Source of the DNA: Limisphaerales bacterium
Lineage (GTDB): Bacteria > Verrucomicrobiota > Verrucomicrobiia > Limisphaerales > SIBE01
Reading direction: 5' to 3'
Length of the DNA stretch: 49,821 nucleotides
Assembly (NCBI GenBank): GCA_044225505.1
Contig: JBGAIN010000042.1
Location: 1 to 49,821 of the forward strand
Each line of letters opens with the position of its first letter. Positions within the stretch are counted from its first letter, which is position 1. Positions 46,801-49,821 of this stretch are shown piece after piece. Under the pieces are notes generated by a model, which did not search any database, was not told where the DNA came from, and saw only the letters and a list, made by a program, of their open reading frames with translations. A program made the position numbers and the translations under genes.

Positions 46801-49800
46801 ACCACGAATCCCCAGAGCGATGTCAGTTTGCAGATCAATACGACAGATGAAGTAGTGCAGAAGACCATTCAACTCGGCGGGCAATCCGTGGTCCTCAATG
46901 TGGACACCGGCCCTTTTATTCGGTTCCGAATGCTCAAGGTCAACCTGACCATCGCAAACTTCAACGTCATCACTGGCGACTTTGGTTTTGAACAGCGCCA
47001 AGCGGCATCTGGCCAACAGATGATCACAGTCGCGGCTCGCGATGTGCAGTTCAACCTTGGCCCGGTTGCGCCGCTCTTCAACATCCGCGATGGCAATGGA
47101 TTGTTCGTCATTAGTAACGGGCAATTCGCCGGTGCGGCGCAGGTCATCCTGGACGTGGCCCAGGCACCTTGGCTGACGATTGACGACGGCGATCCAGACC
47201 CTGGGATAAAGCTCGGATTTGACTTCAACAATAACGCCGTCACGGCAATCGACGAAGTTTTTGACTTTAGCGGAGCGGCTTTTTCGGGGTCGAGTGGTCC
47301 AGGGACGCTGAATGTCCGTTCGGGCGGGGGCAATGTGGCATTGGCTAGTGTTGGTGTCGGACTAGCAGCGCCTCCCTCGATTCCCGTGCCTGGAATGGGG
47401 CAGGTCCCACTCCAGGTGCCTGCCGGCGAGTTCTTCGAGGTTAAGGGTCCCGTAAATATTTCGTTTGGGGCTGGGGGCGGCTCGCAAAAGCTCAGCGGCC
47501 TTTTCACTTTTACCAATGTCGACTCTGGCGGGCAGAAATTTGTCGGCGTGAAGGCCGAGGAGTTGACCTTAAAACTGAAAGCGGGCAGTACCGAAGTGAT
47601 TGCATTCCGCGATGGGACAGGTCAATTCGCGTTCTTCAATGACGGCATGGGCGGAACGGCGACGCTCGATTTTGAGGTCGGCATCGTGAACGTGGGCGGC
47701 GACATCTCGTTGCAGGTCAATACGACCAACCACAATATCCTGGCGACTCAAGGCGGGTATAATATCAATCTTCCCGGCTCCAACTATCTAAAGGTGTTGG
47801 TGAATGGATTCATCGCTGTCGGGCCTGGATCGTTTCCGTTCAATTTCACGATCGACGTCAATTTTGCGTCGAATGAGGTCTTCTTCCGGCAGACGCCTAG
47901 TGATTTCTTGGTCAAGGTTGACTCAAATGGCACGATTATCTTTGGAACGTTACCCGCCTTACCGCAGTTTGCACAGGTGGGCGAAGGTGAGTTCCTACCG
48001 TTAATCAAGCAGCTGATCAATTGGTTGGATCAATTCCGGGAGTCGTCCGTCTTCGATGTGTCCGTGCCGTTTACCGGCGGAACGACCTTGGGCGAAGTGT
48101 TTGATTACGCCCAGTGGTTTATCTCCAATGTCTACCCCAAAGTGGCGAGCGTCGAGTTGAGGTCGGTCGCGGCTTACCGGGATGGGGCTGGGAATCCGCT
48201 CCCCGTCGGTCAATTGCCGCTCGGTGGGAGTTACGCGGCATTCACCTTCAACTTGCAGATCGATACTTTCAAGGCCGGGAGCAACGAGCCCAAAGCGATT
48301 TCTATCATCGCGGGCAGTTTCAACAGTGCGGCCCAATTGGTGTCGAACTTAAACGGTCAAGTGAGTGCCCAGACCGGCGGGAAAGTGGTGGTGCGGTTGA
48401 ATAAGGAAGGCCAGCCTGTCCTGGCCCTCAGCGACAACGAAATTCAGAAGCACTCCACTTTGATTCTGACTTTCACGGGAGCGAATCATCCGATGACAGC
48501 GTTGGGCTTCTCCAATAACCAACGAGCGATTGAAGTAGAACGAGCGGCTTTGGGCGATATGATTCAAGCCGTTGGTGTGGCCTTAGGACTGAGTCCGCCG
48601 CCGTATGATCCCAACAAGAAAGTCATCACTTTCCCCGTCAATATCACCCAGAATATCCCTGGCCTAAATATTCCTCTGCAGTTTGGAGAAAGTCTTGGTT
48701 TGATTGCCGAAGCCACTCTTACAGGCAATCTTTCAGCCTCCGCGAACCTTAACCTGGGAATGACTCTCGGGTTTGACTTCAGTGCGGTTGAAGTGCCGAT
48801 GATTGTCACTTCGCCACTCGTCCCGATTCCTTCCAACGGTCGGCTTTCCGCGAACGCTCACTTTGACATCTTCTTGAACGGCGATCCAGCACCCATTGGG
48901 ATCGATCTGATCGCGGGAGATACGCTAGGCTTTACCCGAATGGAGCAGTTGATCAATTATATCAACTCCAGATTCGCAGCCAAAACCTACCTCGGACAAG
49001 CCCTTAGCAATTGGATCATCGCCCGGAAAGGTGACCAGAGCATTGTCTTCTCCGCTCTGCAGGAAGATCGAGACGGGGATAAGCACTTCGACAAGGTTAA
49101 CGAAGACGTCAATAAGAACAACAAGCTGGATCCAGGCGAAGACTTGGATGGGGACAACCATCTTGACTTGAACGAGGACGTCAATGCCAATCATATGCTG
49201 GACCTCGGCGAGGATATCGACGGGGACGGATTATTGGATCAGGGGGAGGACTTAAACGGAGACAACGTTTTCGAGAATCGCCTCGGGATCATTAACCTCA
49301 TCGTGATGGCTGCCGAAACGACTAACCCTGCGGCCACGGAACTTGGCGTTGGCACCGAAGCGATGACGATCCTGAGCAAGAATTACTTGGTCAGCTCGGC
49401 TAAGTCATCGCTCAAGGGGCTGTTTATCGATACGCCCCACTTTGATGCCACATTGACGATCAACGGTTCCGCGACTGGCAAATTGCGAATCGGCTTTATT
49501 GAGGTCGATGTAAAGCCTGGGACCCAGTTCGGCACCACCCCGCCGATCCACCTGGCGCTGGATATCAAGAACGGCTCGACAGGTCAGACCCGGTTTTACA
49601 TTCCGGAACTCATGAAAGGGTTGGCCTCTCTCGACGATTTAGTCGCCAACCTCACTTTGACCGGAGGTTTCTCCGCAAGCCTGAAGCTCGGCTTAGACCC
49701 AGCTCTTGGCATTCTCCTTCCGGGAGACGCTAACATCGGGATTATGATCCCCGACATTACCGACCTGACCATCAGCTCGGAACCTTACGCCCCAGGAAAA

Positions 49801-49821
49801 ACGGGCATCTTTCTGACTTAC
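43849..49821 (+). CDS. Giant LEPR-xLL domain surface/secreted protein, partial (at least 1,991 aa, continues past the window)
   Basis: MAKGDVDFRLEALEPRLLLSADLG start. Frame 1 had no stop in the segments I translated, and the ORF track lists no terminated ORF in this frame. Contains a VSPGFSPG beta-helix-like unit, beta-rich repeats and acidic Ca-binding-like repeats. Confidence 0.88.
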   Translation, partial: MAKGDVDFRLEALEPRLLLSADLGSISSLSAQPQNAEYTAVVSTLDATVQTVAAISSDSAEGQLQDIFGDLADDGEDLVVTEEDSGAVTEENSGQKSDAEREVLQPSGAVTEVVLAEISEPALVVAETQTEASETPSTLSASGVDSGVTLTVAPPPAADVISTSEILTETLHSANAPPVLESAKEATSLILGAGEVLGGKGSPNLDVDNKAGLVSPGFSPGVLNVNNYTQGPDASELIEINGWNATNTPVVYDQIIASGNVTLDGTLKIKLTGFTPVAGQTFSIVKWGGVRVGEFANYLGTTIPGNNQLALVPEYDDATKELRLRVVNTEAVAVEVERALRDVADLAGNLLNLSLPGATTLPLIGSKIKDILDAKKMVEDTIKAKILALIGSIPSQAQVTKEIENLEGQTFGNFSVTVQSVLGHYSKPSDPNIFYSWDVKITLKENDLTDLLATGLNTVFDFLFGAGSKVTLENTLELDFSFGYDDNDGNVLTPNAFVDLRSITPRTKAVAANLNPLQFAPGWLTGNPLTNIAATASITFEAFIKFTPDPNVFPGGHWLSTQPATLPSLANFTHTQGSSLDATIVLNASLNDPNNLWAPFTFAKYTGTHTLHIVDLDLFDNVKPDVTLIVDGDLLVFGQKLTGVFTFKKSGASTDIAIDAVISNLELKLTVGVGPELRILKATGTGNFLMKANGDLAGIASLTIAPGNGPQIPNIDDFSGTFTLTFNGANTASNVPLPNNQSVIIPGGGPYYRIDGQNVTLDLGIPDIVLHATKFTFEPIDTTPGNPNDNQQDVVVAVQGLSFDFTLPGNNKLVSLSNGTGVLLLTRIGAESGMVLDITSATVTVDIFGIAGLTGQFSAALNDFTQPINRPVKVLGVNKVLNLPAGKYLRVEAKSAALSLLAGQIGNALQVSGNFAFEQHETVADGKFVTVAFSQAHLPFLDGGAQQVLILDNINGIFVSNEKGIAGQATVNNFQFGVPGAIGFTTNPQSDVSLQINTTDEVVQKTIQLGGQSVVLNVDTGPFIRFRMLKVNLTIANFNVITGDFGFEQRQAASGQQMITVAARDVQFNLGPVAPLFNIRDGNGLFVISNGQFAGAAQVILDVAQAPWLTIDDGDPDPGIKLGFDFNNNAVTAIDEVFDFSGAAFSGSSGPGTLNVRSGGGNVALASVGVGLAAPPSIPVPGMGQVPLQVPAGEFFEVKGPVNISFGAGGGSQKLSGLFTFTNVDSGGQKFVGVKAEELTLKLKAGSTEVIAFRDGTGQFAFFNDGMGGTATLDFEVGIVNVGGDISLQVNTTNHNILATQGGYNINLPGSNYLKVLVNGFIAVGPGSFPFNFTIDVNFASNEVFFRQTPSDFLVKVDSNGTIIFGTLPALPQFAQVGEGEFLPLIKQLINWLDQFRESSVFDVSVPFTGGTTLGEVFDYAQWFISNVYPKVASVELRSVAAYRDGAGNPLPVGQLPLGGSYAAFTFNLQIDTFKAGSNEPKAISIIAGSFNSAAQLVSNLNGQVSAQTGGKVVVRLNKEGQPVLALSDNEIQKHSTLILTFTGANHPMTALGFSNNQRAIEVERAALGDMIQAVGVALGLSPPPYDPNKKVITFPVNITQNIPGLNIPLQFGESLGLIAEATLTGNLSASANLNLGMTLGFDFSAVEVPMIVTSPLVPIPSNGRLSANAHFDIFLNGDPAPIGIDLIAGDTLGFTRMEQLINYINSRFAAKTYLGQALSNWIIARKGDQSIVFSALQEDRDGDKHFDKVNEDVNKNNKLDPGEDLDGDNHLDLNEDVNANHMLDLGEDIDGDGLLDQGEDLNGDNVFENRLGIINLIVMAAETTNPAATELGVGTEAMTILSKNYLVSSAKSSLKGLFIDTPHFDATLTINGSATGKLRIGFIEVDVKPGTQFGTTPPIHLALDIKNGSTGQTRFYIPELMKGLASLDDLVANLTLTGGFSASLKLGLDPALGILLPGDANIGIMIPDITDLTISSEPYAPGKTGIFLTY
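49063..49281 (+). repeat. Six 12-13 aa ED.[DN]G[DN]..LD repeats inside the giant protein
   Basis: EDRDGDKHFDKVN-EDVNKNNKLDPG-EDLDGDNHLDLN-EDVNANHMLDLG-EDIDGDGLLDQG-EDLNGDNVFENR. Confidence 0.85.

Overview
A 49.8-kb bacterial chromosomal segment, most likely from Verrucomicrobiota of the Pedosphaera/Limisphaera type. That call is inferred from DUF1559-type prepilin proteins, a LEPR-xLL giant protein and many secreted proteins ending in an F[YF]R motif. It looks like a draft or MAG assembly, with two N gaps and three local indel clusters. Housekeeping genes are efp, a PHP-family histidinol phosphatase, ilvB (with a clear Val/Leu leader-peptide attenuator) and a gnnA-like gene beside lpxB. Many secreted or carbohydrate-active genes lie between them. 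The most interesting part is about 16.7-26.8 kb. It holds a LarA-like epimerase, an L7Ae-like protein and a ~950-990 aa GlmU-type nucleotidyltransferase/GHMP-kinase fusion. These converge on a two-gene unit encoding a DapA-like aldolase with a C-terminal encapsulation-peptide-like helix and a tandem-domain BMC shell protein. That unit is divergent from a sugar ABC transporter. Together this is a candidate satellite microcompartment pathway for sugar or sugar-acid catabolism. Also present are a 252-bp MITE-like element with a partial second copy, 11-bp-period arrays, a BlaI/BlaR1(M56) pair with paired operators, and a giant (at least 1,991 aa) LEPR-xLL protein that runs off the right edge and is absent from the ORF track. 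All family calls come from motif recognition by eye; no database search was run.
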